A stretch of DNA of 64,000 nucleotides from Paraspadella gotoi (taxonomy: Eukaryota; Animalia; Chaetognatha). The notes beneath the pieces were generated by a model. That model was not told the DNA's origin. It made no database searches and was given only the letters and a program-made list of their open reading frames with translations. The position numbers and the translations under genes are program-made. The number at the start of each line of letters is the position of its first letter. Positions within the stretch are counted from its first letter, which is position 1. Location: contig CM119264.1 of assembly GCA_051294375.1 (NCBI GenBank), positions 1,641,662 through 1,705,661 of the forward strand, written 5' to 3'. Shown here piece after piece: positions 13,801 to 27,688 of the stretch.

Positions 13801-14064
13801 CGTCGGTCTGTCTGGACATCGGTCTGTCCCACTGACGTTAAAAATTCTTATAACTCGCCTTTAGTTAGTTACTCATTCGTTAAAACAGAAAAAACCTGCA
13901 AGCAAGACGGAATTCCGATGCAGTGCAGTTCCGTCTTTTATTCTCTATAGCTATGTATATAACTTATACATAAATTTCCCAGTCATGTAGTCATGTAATC
14001 ACTGGGAAATATACATGAAAAGAAGTCACTGCGGCGCAACACATTGGATGGACCAATCTTGTTC
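13801..14064 (+). mobile_element. HINE/DINE-1-like repeat, 5'-truncated copy
   Basis: GTCY-type microsatellite, shared body, AGTCACTGCGGCGCAACAC and a CTTGTT end. Confidence 0.6.
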
Positions 14065-14162
14065 TTTTTTTCTTTTTTCCTTCGCCGACTGAACCTGAAT
14101 TTTATTTCATTGAATTTTTTTTCTTCTTTTTCCTCCAAAAATTTTCTTTTATTCGCGCGTCA

Positions 14163-14194
<32 letters not shown>

Positions 14195-14237
14195 TTCTCT
14201 CTCTCTCTCTTCTCTCTTCTCTCTCTTTCTCTTCTCT

Positions 14238-14271
<34 letters not shown>

Positions 14272-14280
14272 CTCCTCTCT

Positions 14281-14324
<44 letters not shown>

Positions 14325-16222
14325 TGTGACAATTTTTTTTTTTAACCTGTTGCTTTGAGACCCAAAAATTGTTGTCGGAATCTGAAAAACGTTGAGTGAA
14401 AAGTCACCGTTTTGCGACGACGACGAAGACAACGACGAAGACAACGACGACGCTGACCAATTATACTTTGTGTAGACAACTTTTTATGGATTATCTGAAT
14501 CAATTTTTTTTTAATTTTTAAATGCTTAAATGTTATACTATGCTTCACTAGTTAAAAAAGTGACAGTTAAAATCGATTAAGTACAAAATTTTTTTATTAC
14601 AAAACTCTTAATGATAAAAAGTGAGAAGGGGGAGAAACAAGAGAAGGAAGAGAAGGTGAAGAAACAAGGAGGAGAAAGAGGAGAAAGATGAGGAAGAGAA
14701 ATAAGAGGAGGAAGAGGAAGATGAGGAAGAGAAGGAGGAGAAACAAGAGGAGGAAGAGGAGGAAGAGAAGGAGGAGAAACAATAGGAGGAAGAGGAAGAG
14801 GAGGAAGAGAAGGAGGAGACAACAAGAGAGAAAAGGAGGAAGAGAAGGAGGAGAAAGAAGAGGAGGAAGAGAAGGAGGAGAAGCAGGTGCGAAATCAAAG
14901 GTCGATGAATGAGGAAAGAGTCGAGGCGAAGAACGGAATGTCAGATGGTGAATGGTAAGTGCTGGATGGCATGGCGGATGGCATACGGCAACTCGTTGAT
15001 TAGTCAAGAATGTCAAATGGCAAATATAAATGACGATTGCCTGTCAGAGTCAGAGAAAGAGAGAGTAACGAAACGCCGACACCAAAACAGCGAGATCCAA
15101 TTACGTCCGATTCCCTCGCAGATTTTTTGTTCTCATGTAATCAAAAATTACAAAATGACTAAATTAGAATCACTGTCGATGTCCGTAATGACAAAGATGA
15201 CGACGACGAAGATGACAATGATGACAACGAAGATGACGATGACAAAAATGACGATGACGACGAAAAAGATGACGACAAAGATGAAGACGAGGATGACGAT
15301 AACGAAGAAAGATGACAAAAACGACTAAAAGGATGACAATGATGACGACGAAAAAGATGACGACAAAGATGAAGACGAATATGACGCTAAAGACAGAGAA
15401 AACAACGACCTCGACGACAACGACGACAGCGACGTAGATGACCCTGACGATGACGACGACGACGACGACGACGAAAATGAAAACGACGTCATGACAAGTT
15501 GATTAGGATAGGAATGAACAGTTGTTTTCTTAATTCATTAAAAACATGTTTCTCCTTATCTTCATGTTTTTTGTTCTTTTTNNNNNNNNNNNNNNNNNNN
15601 NNNNNNNNNNNNNNNNNNNNNNNNNNNNNNNNNNNNNNNNNNNNNNNNNNNNNNNNNNNNNNNNNNNNNNNNNNNNNNNNNNNNNNNNNNNNNNNNNNNN
15701 NNNNNNNNNNNNNNNNNNNNNNNNNNNNNNNNNNNNNNNNNNNNNNNNNNNNNNNNNNNNNNNNNNNNNNNNNNNNNNNNNNNNNNNNNNNNNNNNNNNN
15801 NNNNNNNNNNNNNNNNNNNNNNNNNNNNNNNNNNNNNNNNNNNNNNNNNNNNNNNNNNNNNNNNNNNNNNNNNNNNNNNNNNNNNNNNNNNNNNNNNNNN
15901 NNNNNNNNNNNNNNNNNNNNNNNNNNNNNNNNNNNNNNNNNNNNNNNNNNNNNNNNNNNNNNNNNNNNNNNNNNNNNNNNNNNNNNNNNNNNNNNNNNNN
16001 NNNNNNNNNNNNNNNNNNNNNNNNNNNNNNNNNNNNNNNNNNNNNNNNNNNNNNNNNNNNNNNNNNNNNNNNNNNNNNNNNNNNNNNNNNNNNNNNNNNN
16101 NNNNNNNNNNNNNNNNNNNNNNNNNNNNNNNNNNNNNNNNNNNNNNNNNNNNNNNNNNNNNNNNNNNNNNNNNNNNNNNNNNNNNNNNNNNNNNNNNNNN
16201 NNNNNNNNNNNNNNNNNNNNNN

Positions 16223-16253
<31 letters not shown>

Positions 16254-17226
16254 TCTCTCTCTCTCTCTCTCTTCTCTCTCCTCTCCTCTCTCTCTCTATC
16301 TCTCTCTCTCTTTCTCTCTTTCACTCTCTCTCGACCCTGGCGAAAGGAAACGATCGGTCGTTGATTCCAGGATTAATTAATCTCTTTATTAAATTATTAA
16401 TTAATTCTCATTATTAATTTATTATATTGATTTTTTAGATCTTTCGGAGAAATTAAATGATATGTTAATTCCTTTCACGACTGTTTCAATCATTCTCAAA
16501 AGATAAATTTAAACAAATCATAACAATATTTCAATTTTTCAATTTCCTTTAATTTCTTCAAAGATGACAGCGCATTGGCATTTGGCATTAGGCATTAGGC
16601 ATTAGGCATTAGGCAATTAGGCATTAGGCATTAGACTTAGAGGTGCCACTGAACTTAGTAGATATTCAGGAGTTACTTTCTAAAAGATTAATATTTAAAA
16701 ACGACTTCTACTTTGTTAACTCACTTTAGTTTGTTCACTGCTGCATTGTTTCACTTTGGCCACATTTTAATTCCAATTATTTACTTTTTTTACTGTAATT
16801 ATCTCACATTCGTTACTTCATGAATCCACTTAAGTCTTAAGTCGCATTTAAATTCCGTTTCACATTGAAATTATTTTAAAAACAGATTCTTACTTCTACC
16901 TTCTTTAAATTTAATGTTCTAATTGTACCACTTTTGTAGTGGAAGTGGTCGAGATGAAAATGGCGAACAAAATGATATAAATCGATTTATTGAAATCAGA
17001 AAAGCGAATGGAATCCAATTGGCTAATTGTACACAGTTGCATTCATTCTAATAAAGCGAGTGACAAAAAACTTTGGTTTACATTTGCAAACAAAGCAATA
17101 CAAAAAAGAATTCCAAATAAGGTAACGTTTTTTTGAGACCGGCGTTTGAACAGACGGAGCAAAAAAATTTCAAGGCGGGCATTGGAAGAAGAAGAATTCG
17201 GCCGGCGATTTTATTTTCTTTCTTAC

Positions 17227-17318
<92 letters not shown>

Positions 17319-17932
17319 TCATCATATATCCTCAGTTTCTGTGAGTCCAGATATCTCACTGAAACATTTTAACTTCACATTTTTGTACTAGGATTTAAAA
17401 AATACATTATGATTTTTTATTTTAAAACTGCTTAATTTTATTAAATAATACTTAATATACTTATCCTGGCACTGTATCAAATCTTTGCCTTGTTATCCTA
17501 ACACCTTGAAGAAAAATAAAAGAATTGTTACTTCCCCTCTGGCCCAATCAATAAGCCTCATTACCTCGCCTTTGGCCCAATGATTTAACCTCATTACCTC
17601 ACCTTGAGCCCAATAATATTGAAAGGATGTTCGTTGACTCACCCGGTTTCGCCTCCTTACCTTCGCCTCGACTCTGACGCGACTCACCCTCCGAAGAGAG
17701 AATGAATGAATGAATGAATGAATGAGGAACGAATGACTGAACGTTGGGAAAGGAGGACCTTGAAGCCGTCGTGGCCTGCTTCCCCCCCTCTCTCTCTGCT
17801 CTCACTCTGCTCTCTCTCTCTTCTCCCCCTTCTCTCTCTCCCTTCTCTCTCCCTCTCCTCTTCTTGTCAACGAGGCGGAAATCCTTTCATATACGACAGG
17901 AAAAAAAAAAGAATCTTTTGTTCTTAGCGGTG

Positions 17933-17971
<39 letters not shown>

Positions 17972-18467
17972 ATTATAATGCATTTAAGGAGGGAAAAAGA
18001 GACGAGAATAAAGGTTCGATTCATGTGAAGAAAAAAAATTATGTTTTTTGTTGGTGAAAAATATCGAGAATATTTATTATATAAAACGTTATTTGTCTGA
18101 TGTCATATATTAAAAATCAGGTACGGTTAGATGGAAAATATTTCAGTTATGATCCAGAATTATGTTATTTTCACTCGCAATAACCAATAAATTATGCTTT
18201 TATTTCTCGCTTCAAATTTTGATCTATTTTATTTAAACAAATTTCGAATTTTATTTGGTACTGAATTAAAAATAAAAATTCATGTTTACATTTGTTTTTT
18301 ACCGGACTTTTCCGCGACGAGGAATTAGTTTTCGATCGACGATCATCAAATTCGCAAAATAAAAAAATCGTTTTTCATTTTCTCCACATTTTATTTTCTC
18401 TTAAGTTTGACGTCGATTTAAAATTTTAAAAAGAGAAAAAAGCACCTGATTTGTCCCGGGTAGACAG

Positions 18468-18506
<39 letters not shown>

Positions 18507-18887
18507 AGATGATTATTGAAATTCCCCATAGCGAAATGACAAGAGACTAAAATGCATTTTTAGTCGCATCTGATTATCAGCAGATTCCGACTCTATAATC
18601 CACTTTGTCAGTCAGTCGGTCCCCCCCTAAATCTTGTCGGGAATTTACTTAAATCATGTCAGAACATCCAATTATAATAAATTAAGCAAAATAAAAACGA
18701 TGTCCGTTGGATAGATAATTTAAAATGAAATTTTGTGTGTGGGTAGGAAAGTATGTGATTAAGCTGGATATAAAGTTTTGATGGAATCGTAGGAGTGGAA
18801 AAGAGTTCAAATTAGAAAACCAAAAGACACATTTATTTGAATTTTTTAAAGTTTCTTTTTCTGAATGATTGATTGATAGATTGAATG

Positions 18888-19230
18888 ATTGACCAAATTA
18901 TGCCAGTTGACCAAATTATTCAAGTGACCAAATTATGCCAGTTGACAAAATTATGCCAGTTGACCAAATTATGCCAGTTGACTAAATTACGTCAGTTGAC
19001 CAATTATGCCTGTTGACCAAATTATGCCTTTTGACCAAATTATGCCTGTTGACCAAATTATGCCTGTTGACCAAATTTTGCCAGTTGACCAAATAAAGCA
19101 AGTTGAATAAATTAAGCAACTTGACCAAATTATGCAAGTTGACCAAATTATGAAAATTGACCAAATTATGAAAATTGACCAAATTATGCAAAATTACCAA
19201 ATTATGAAAGTTGACTAAATTATGCAAGTT
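18888..19230. repeat. 18-bp minisatellite (GTTGACCAAATTATGCCA), about 18 copies
   Basis: Direct tandem units; source of the spurious NLVNFH ORF. Confidence 0.9.
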
Positions 19231-20639
19231 GGTATTGGCGCAGTTACTGGTAATGATTGATAAATCAATTGATTTAATGATTTTTTCATAGATTTATTAA
19301 GAAGTCTGTTATGATTTTTTATGTTACTTCTTATGATCTGTAAAGATCACAAATTAAAAGTCGGAAAACATTACCGTGATTTATCATCGGATTAGCTTAT
19401 TACCGCTTAATTATCGTAGGCAGATCCGTCATTGTTTGCTCAAACTTTTTTCTCTGACTTCAGTTTTTCTCTTTTATTGTTCTTTTTTTCTTCTTTTTTC
19501 TTTCTTTCCTTTTATTTTTTTATTTTTATCTCCCTTTTTTTCCTTCTATTTAAATGTCCCATTTTTGCTTTTATTTCCACTTCCTTTTTTCTTGCTTTAT
19601 TTTCCACTTCCTTTTTTCTTTCCTTTATTTTCCACTTTCTTTTTTCTTTCCTTTGTTGTTCTCATTCCTTTTTTCTTTCCTTTATTCTCGATGTCCTTTT
19701 CTTTTCTTTTGCCATCGATTCTCGCTGCATTGAATGACGACAACAACAACAACAACAAAAAGTCTTATTCCCTGGGGCGTCGCTCGAAAAAGAGGAAACC
19801 GAAGACCGTAACGCGTCCGATGTCACGGAATTTTAGGGAGTGACGTGTCACGCGACGTGGCGGAACGACGTGTCACGAAAATAGAAAGAGTGGCATGTCA
19901 TGTAATAAGGAAGAGTGACATCTCATATAATAAGGAAGAGTGACATGTAAAGAAATGCCCGTTGCATTTCATGTAAGCTGAGTGACATTACATGAGACAA
20001 ATTGTTATCTGTTTCGTCGATTTAACAAATATATGTACAATACTGACGTAAAATGTATAAAAATTTAAAGGGTTCTACAATTTTATTTTNNNNNNNNNNN
20101 NNNNNNNNNNNNNNNNNNNNNNNNNNNNNNNNNNNNNNNNNNNNNNNNNNNNNNNNNNNNNNNNNNNNNNNNNNNNNNNNNNNNNNNNNNNNNNNNNNNN
20201 NNNNNNNNNNNNNNNNNNNNNNNNNNNNNNNNNNNNNNNNNNNNNNNNNNNNNNNNNNNNNNNNNNNNNNNNNNNNNNNNNNNNNNNNNNNNNNNNNNTA
20301 CCGGAAGCGAAGACAATGACGGATACAGCGAGAACCGGTTAAACCCAAGTCGAGAAAGGGGAGAAAGGATATTGTGAGCGAAAGAGTAGGAGTACAGTGA
20401 AGGAGTATTTTCCCAGAGAAAAACCTGTGGTGTAATCTAAAGAACAGTGAACCGAAAGAAAAAAAATATGGAAATATCGATTTTGAGAAAGACAACGAGA
20501 TATTCAAGGGGCGAAGAATTTTTTTTTCACAAGGTTCCTTAGTGAGCTGTTTTGTGATGGATGATTTCACAATATTTTATAAATTTTAGCTACTTATATT
20601 TTGTTTTTAGAGCGGAGTACAATGAAGTAGAAAATCAAA

Positions 20640-20830
20640 TTTAATACTCAAGGCTCTTATCCATTCTTTGAAATATTACACCACTGCATTGATAGGGAAG
20701 CCAGGTACTCTGAGAGTGAATAAACGAGACAGTGAGAAAGTCTTGGTTAAAAGCTGATTTGTAATTAATCTTGAAAGAGTGATGGAGGCCTTGAACCACC
20801 AAAGCTTGTCCAAAGTCAGGGGCAAGATTA
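20640..20830 (-). mobile_element. Unclassified interspersed repeat; this copy is the empty-site paralog of the TRIM insertion
   Basis: Reverse complement GTCTCGTTTATTC..CAGAGTACCTGGCTTCCCTATCAATGCAGTGGTG-TAAT-ATTTCAAAGAATG matches both flanks of the TRIM; other pieces at 39020-39183, 39800-39850 and 42497-42552. Confidence 0.7.
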
Positions 20831-22068
20831 CTTGTTTATGAAACGTCAAATTACCGAAAATATATTTTTACTCGTTTTCTATTTTCTTATTTACTTGCAT
20901 ATTGTTGCATATGTATTGTTTTTAAAGTATTGATACGAATATCTTTGAAATTCCTAGACAAGAAATAAAGAAAAGTTATTTGGAACATTAACACGGTTAC
21001 TGAGACAGTAAAAAAAAAACAGAAATAACCCATTTTTAAAACACAAAAAAATGAAAAATATAATGCTTCAACTACAACGTTAAAAAATTTTGAACCAAGC
21101 AAGTTTTTTTTTAATTTGATTTTAAAGTTTTGTTGAAGAGGCTNNNNNNNNNNNNNNNNNNNNNNNNNNNNNNNNNNNNNNNNNNNNNNNNNNNNNNNNN
21201 NNNNNNNNNNNNNNNNNNNNNNNNNNNNNNNNNNNNNNNNNNNNNNNNNNNNNNNNNNNNNNNNNNNNNNNNNNNNNNNNNNNNNNNNNNNNNNNNNNNN
21301 NNNNNNNNNNNNNNNNNNNNNNNNNNNNNNNNNNNNNNNNNNNNNNNNNNNNNNNNNNNNNNNNNNNNNNNNNNNNNNNNNNNNNNNNNNNNNNNNNNNA
21401 CAGCTTTAATCCATCTGTGGTGATAGGACCACCAGATTGTGATAATTTTTTAAACAAAATACTAATAGGAAATTATCAACGACGTTTTCATTATTTATCA
21501 AATTTTATTTTGAGAGCTTTAATTTGAACCCATTCAAGTTATTAATAAATATAACTCAATTTATTACAAAAATAATAACAATATGGTAATTATCACGTGA
21601 AAGACATATTCATTACTTATTTAGTAAAAAAACTATAGAAATGTAACATATTATTGCTTAGCTTTAAAATAAACCTAATTTTAAATTTTTCTTCGAATGT
21701 CTTTCTACTATGAAATTCTATGAAAAAGTATGTATAAATTTGTTACATTTTAAATATATAATTTAATAAATAATTTAACATAGATGGCTTATGTCTGTTT
21801 TCGTTTACGGCTTAAGGGAACCGTGTAAATGTTTTGAGATTCTGAAACTTTTAACTCTTAAGTTAAAAGAAAAAAAAGACAAAATACCAAAAAAAAATGA
21901 GTGGATTACTTTTTCTTTCATTGAGTCGCGAGGAATTTGCAACGAATGCAATGGCAGCAATGGCTGTGACGACAACGGAGGCAATAAAAGCAGATGGAAG
22001 CGTTTGGGGGCGACAAGGGCGGATTGTCGGCGGAAAAATGAATACAACAAAAAAGGTCACGGCATTCG

Positions 22069-22138
<70 letters not shown>

Positions 22139-22782
22139 CGAGTTAGAGAGAGAGAAAGATTNNNNNNNNNNNNNNNNNNNNNNNNNNNNNNNNNNNNNNN
22201 NNNNNNNNNNNNNNNNNNNNNNNNNNNNNNNNNNNNNNNNNNNNNNNNNNNNNNNNNNNNNNNNNNNNNNNNNNNNNNNNNNNNNNNNNNNNNNNNNNNN
22301 NNNNNNNNNNNNNNNNNNNNNNNNNNNNNNNNNNNNNNNGAGAGAGAGTGAAAAGATAATGAACTCATTAACCTTGATGTTATCGTCAGATGCGTGACAA
22401 ACTTTCTCTTCAAAAGATGAATTTCATTCAAAGAAGAAAAATTTTCGAAAGAAAAAAATCGCGGGAGAAAAAAAAAGAATTTTTCCGCGAAAAAAAAGCG
22501 GGAAAAATCTTGGACGAGACTCGAGTTGTGCAAAATATAAACTTTAAAAGCATAACAAATACGAAATGTACTAAAATAGGGAAAATATAACTTGTCAAAA
22601 TAAATTAAATTATAAAAATTCTAATGAGTTAATAACAAGATTCTTACAAAAAAAAGACTTCCAAGATGTAAATAAGGTTCGATTAAAAAAAAGAAAGAAA
22701 AATAAAAAAAAGAAAATAATTTTCTTTTCATAAAAACGAAAAAATTTTCCGCCTTCCTTCGTCGGATAACAGGTGGCGTGAT

Positions 22783-23185
22783 TAAAACGTGCTTTCCTCA
22801 AAATTGTGCCAAGGTTCACCATGCTTGCCTCCTTAAAACGTTCTTTCCTCAAATTTGTGCCAAGGTTCATCATGCTTGCCTCCTTAAAACGTGCTTTCCT
22901 CAAAATTGTGCCAAGGTTCACCATGCTTGCCTCTTTAAAACGTGCTTTCCTCAAAATTGTGCCAAAGGTTCACCATGCTTGCCTCCTTAAAACGTGCTTT
23001 CTCAAAATTGTGCCAAGGTTCATCATGCTTGCCTGGCTTAAAACGTGCTTTCCTCAAAATTGTGCCAAGGGTTCATCATGCTTGCTCTTTATAACGTGCT
23101 TTCCTCAAATTGTGCCAAGGTTCACCAGCTTGCCTCCTTTAAAACGTGCTTTCCTCAAAATTGTGCCAAGGTTCACCATGCTTGT
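22783..23185. repeat. 51-bp minisatellite, about 8 copies
   Basis: TAAAACGTGCTTTCCTCAAAATTGTGCCAAGGTTCACCATGCTTGCCTCCT units; gives 17-aa periodic spurious ORFs. Confidence 0.92.
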
Positions 23186-23744
23186 CTCCTGTCTAGATTG
23201 TCGCCTCTGGGAAATTAAAAATCCGCACAGCAGTGTGTGCCGCTGTGTGGCTTCGCGCATACTAAGTGTAACACCCCCAATCAAAGCTTATACTTATATT
23301 TCTATAACACAATTAGTAACGCTTCTTGCCACGATTTTGCCACGTTGCCTTTGCAACGAAGTCTTGCAACGGTCCGTGTCAGTCAACCTCGTTTCATCAG
23401 GTGGTCGATCTCATATTTTCCGTCATGACCTAATTTTTATTCATTTAATTTTTTTCTCTTGCGATTTATTAAAAAAAAAAAAGTTGTTTAGAAATTCAAA
23501 ATATTTTTTTTAAACCAAGATTTTCTTTGTCGGTTTTATTTTTTTTCTTGTATGGTTTTTTTAATTTTATTAAAACTGTTTTACTTTTAGTCTAATAATT
23601 TGTTATAAAAGAGAAAAATGTTTAATTTTTGAAGACGAAGATTTTGTTTGCTTTCGAATTTTATTATTTGGAGAGCGTTCTACGAAATTAGCACATTTCG
23701 AAGTTGTTTTTATATAAAAAATACTTTTTGTTTAATTTGTAACA

Positions 23745-24016
23745 AAACAAAAACGGTAATTTCAATGTGTTGCGCCGCAGTGACTTTATTTTCACGTGTA
23801 TTATCTTTTATTCTTTATAGTTTTAGGAGTTACTGAAGGCGGAGCTAGCAGTCCCTTAGATTTGAGTTTTTTTTCTGTCTTAACAAATGAGCCACCAACT
23901 ATAGACAAATTATAAGCATTTTTAACGTAAGTGGGACAGACCGACTGACAGACATACCGACCGACGGATTGACCAACCGACAGACCGACCGCGAGTACTC
24001 GCGGCGCAACTAAAAA
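23745..24016 (-). mobile_element. HINE/DINE-1-like (Helentron-type) non-autonomous element
   Basis: T-run then AGTTGCGCCGCGAGTACTCGCGG 5' hairpin, GTCY/GTCG microsatellite, 3' subterminal GCGGCGCAAC; at least 5 copies in the window. Confidence 0.65.
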
Positions 24017-24289
24017 CAAGTCCCTTTTGTTGTTGTTTGTTTCAAAAACGAAATAATGGCGTTTTTCTCGCGAGGAGCGAAAAAAAGAGAGAAAAAAACA
24101 GAGAGGGAGAGATAGAATAAAAGAAAGAAATGAAAAATTAAAGAAAAAAAGAAAGAAAGAAAGAAAGAAAGAACCGTTTTTAATTACAATTAAAATTCCC
24201 ACTTTCGAAAAATAACAATAATAAATTGTATAAAAAAATGTAAAAACGACCCCAGAGTAAATAAAGGAAAATAAAAGGAAAGAAAATTA

Positions 24290-24326
<37 letters not shown>

Positions 24327-24494
24327 TCTCATCATCGAAGAAAAAACAATCCCGAGATTTAAAAAAAAAACGATACAAAAGCGAAAAAAAACAGAAAAAA
24401 AAACAGGAAAAAAAACAAGACAATTCGTCGTCGTATGAGTTTCGCGAGGATTTAAAGACTTTTTCCTCCCGAGTTTTTCGACCGAAAATCGGGA

Positions 24495-24532
<38 letters not shown>

Positions 24533-24731
24533 AAACGGACGACGACAACCGGGAAAGAGGAAAGAGACGAGAGGACGAGGAGAAAAGTCGACGCAAAAAC
24601 GACGACGACGATGACGAGACGACGATGAATGACGACGAAGCTAAAGATGGTCTTTGAACTTGGTTATGGTTTTGTCCTGGGAAATGAATAGAGGAAGGAA
24701 CGGGGAGGCGTGGGAGGGTTTATAGTGATGG

Positions 24732-24777
<46 letters not shown>

Positions 24778-25329
24778 GGATAAAAGGATGGATTACTGAA
24801 TGTATTGATAGAAAATTAGATGGATAGGCGAATAGATGGAAGGATGGAATAATAGACGAACAGACAGTTGGATGGGTGGACGGATCGATAGATGATTGAA
24901 AGGCACCTTAAGTACGTATATGAATGAATGAATGAAAGAATGAATGAATGAATGAATGAATGAATGAATGAATGAATGAATGAATCAATGAATGAATCAA
25001 TTAATGAATGAATGAATGAATGAATGAATGAATGAATTCAAGAACGAAGTTTTTCATGAGTAAATGAATGGATGGATACATGAATGAGGAATATTTTTAG
25101 ACAAGAATGATGAAAAGAGGGAGTGAAAAAAAGAAAAGAAAAAAAAAGATGAAAGGAAAAGAAAAAATAAAAAATAAAGAGAGAGAAAAACACAAGATAA
25201 GAAAAAGAAAAAAAGAAAGATAAAAGTTTTTGAATCAAAGTCAAGAAGGAAAGGAAAGAGGAGGAAGAGGTTTGGAGAAAAAGAAGGAGGAAAGAAAAGA
25301 TAATTTTAGAGTAAAAAAGGAGGAAAGAG

Positions 25330-26360
25330 AAGAGCAAGGAAAGAATTTCAGAGAAAAGAAGGTAAGGAAAGGAGGAAAGAGAAGAGAAAGGAAAGAATTT
25401 CATAGAAAAGAAGGAAAAGAAAGGAAGAAAGAGAAGAGAAAGGAAAAAATTTCAAAGAAAAGAAGGAAAAGAAAACAGGAAAGACAAGAGAAAGGAAAAA
25501 ATTTCAGAGAAAAGAAGAAAAGATAATGAGGAAAGAGAAGAGAAAGGAAAGAATTTCAAAGAAAAGAAGGTAAGGAAAGGAGGAAAGAGAAAAGAAAATA
25601 AAGAAATTCAGAAAAAAGAAGAAAAGGAAAGGAGGAAAGAGAAGATAAAAGTAAGAATTTCAGAGAAAAGAAGGTAAGGAAAGGAGGAAAGAGAAGAGAA
25701 AGGAAAGAATTTCAAAGAAAAGAAGATAAGGAAAGGAGGAAAGAGAAGAGAAAGGAAAGAATTTCATAGAAAAGAAGGAAAGGAAAGGAGGAAAGAGAAG
25801 AGAAAAGAAAAAATTCAGAGAAAAGAAGAAAAGGAAAGGAGGAAAGAGAAGAAAAAGGAAAGAATTTCAGAGAAAAGAAGGTAAGGAAAGGAGGAAAGAG
25901 AAAAGAAAGGAAAGAAATTCAGAGAAAAGAAGAAAAAGAAAGGAGGAAAGAGAAGAGAAAGGAAAGAATTTCAGAGAAAAGAAGGTAAGGAAAGGAGGAA
26001 AAAGAAAAGAAAGGAAAGAAATTCTGGGAAAAGAAAAATAAGAAAGGAGGAAAGAGAAGAGAAAGGAAAGAATTTCAGAGAAAAGAAGGTAAGGAAAGGA
26101 GGAGAAAGAAAAGAAAGGAAAGAAATTCTGAGAAAAGAAGAATAAGAAAGGAGGAAAGAGAAGAGAAAGGAAAGAATTTCAGAGAAAAGAAGGTAAGGAA
26201 AGGAGGAAAGAGAAAAGAAAGGAAAGAAATTAAGAGAAAAGAAGAAAAAGAAAGGAGGAAAGAGAAGATAAAGGAAAGGGAGGAGTAAAGAAAAGAAAAG
26301 ATTTCAATAAAAGAGTGAAATAAGGAAAGAAAAAAAGAAAATAATTTCAGAGAAAAAAGG
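25330..26360. repeat. Purine-rich ~50-bp tandem array (AATTTCAGAGAAAAGAAGGTAAGGAAAGGAGGAAAGAGAAGAGAAAGGAAAG)
   Basis: Recurring AATTTC/AAATTC-punctuated units over about 1 kb. Confidence 0.85.
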
Positions 26361-27688
26361 AGGAAAGGATATAGAAGTTCCAAAAAGTCCGAATTCTTTT
26401 TAACTTGATGATAACAAATTTAAACAGAATAAAATATAGGTACAAACAATTTACAAAAAAATAAACTCTAGTGTCAATTTAATAAAAAACAAATAGAAGA
26501 TTAAAAATTTACATAATATTAATAAGCTCAATCTGAATTGGCTCAAAAAGAATTTCCCCAATCTAATTCAAGTCTCAATCTCAGGTTCGGTTTTTGCAGG
26601 AACGCGCCATTGAAGAAAAGTCGTCAAATGAAACGCATATATATATTGCTTGCTTGCTTGCTTGCTTTCTTGCTTTCTTTCATTCTTTCTTTCTTTTTTT
26701 CTTTTTTTCTTTCTTTCTTTTCCTATTTTATGTTTCTTTCTTCTCATGCTTTTATCTCCGTCATCTATTTGTCATTATAAGTTTCTGTGAATTTTTCCGA
26801 TGTCTTTTGTTTTTTTTTGAAAAAAATCCATGAGGTTGGATTGGAGCGAACCTACAGTCGATCTATAGCGGAAATAGAACAAGTGAACACAACGAAGATC
26901 ACTAATTATAACTTACGGGCTTCAATTAATTCATTACACACGTCCGATTATGAATCTAAACAATTTTTAGTAAGGTTTTGTCTACAAATTTAAATATTAA
27001 ATGATCTTTCTCAACTATTAAAATTCTTGTAAAGCAGTGTTGACGGTTGTAAAATGTAAGTAGAGCTACTTTGGTCATTCTTGGGTCAAAAACCCTAAAA
27101 ATACAAACGACGTAAAATATTCGAAATCAAAAAAATATTTGTAGATTTTGTTTGTTTGCAGAAATTATATATATTTCAGTATCTTTGCATTGAAAGTTGC
27201 TGATACAAGATATTCGAACGAATCATAAATAAATAAATAAAAATTCGTTGTAATAAATTTCAATTATTGCATCGTGATGTGACGAGGGGATAGTAAAGCG
27301 GGTGAATAAATTTCAAAGGGGAACAAATAAGACGAGAATTTAATTAAGATCACATCACGTGACAAATCTATTAAAATCAAAAGCTCATTCGAGTAAAAAC
27401 AGCAAAACAGTGAAAGGGAATTACAATCGCAAAAAAACCATTTAAAGTAAAAAAAATGTAATAATTAATAATAAAAAACAAAACAATATCCAATGGAAAA
27501 GAAAAATTTCATCGTATTTCACAATTCTCTTTTTTTGGTTAAAGGGAATAGTTTTGAACAAACAAAGCGAGTCGAACATTTTGTTCCGAATAAAACGACC
27601 CTCATCAATTAATGTCAGAAAATATCAAGATCCTTAATCACAATAAAAGAGTTTTTTATCCTACTCTCCAAAATTGGCTTTTCCTTCT

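Noticed and set aside
15499-16380. Long ORFs of up to 293 aa
   Set aside because: They span N-gaps and are mostly X; the same applies at 4.8, 20.1, 21.1, 22.2, 30.8, 35.7 and 49.9 kb
22806-23513. 235-aa ORF with 17-aa periodicity
   Set aside because: Product of a 51-bp minisatellite, open in several frames on both strands
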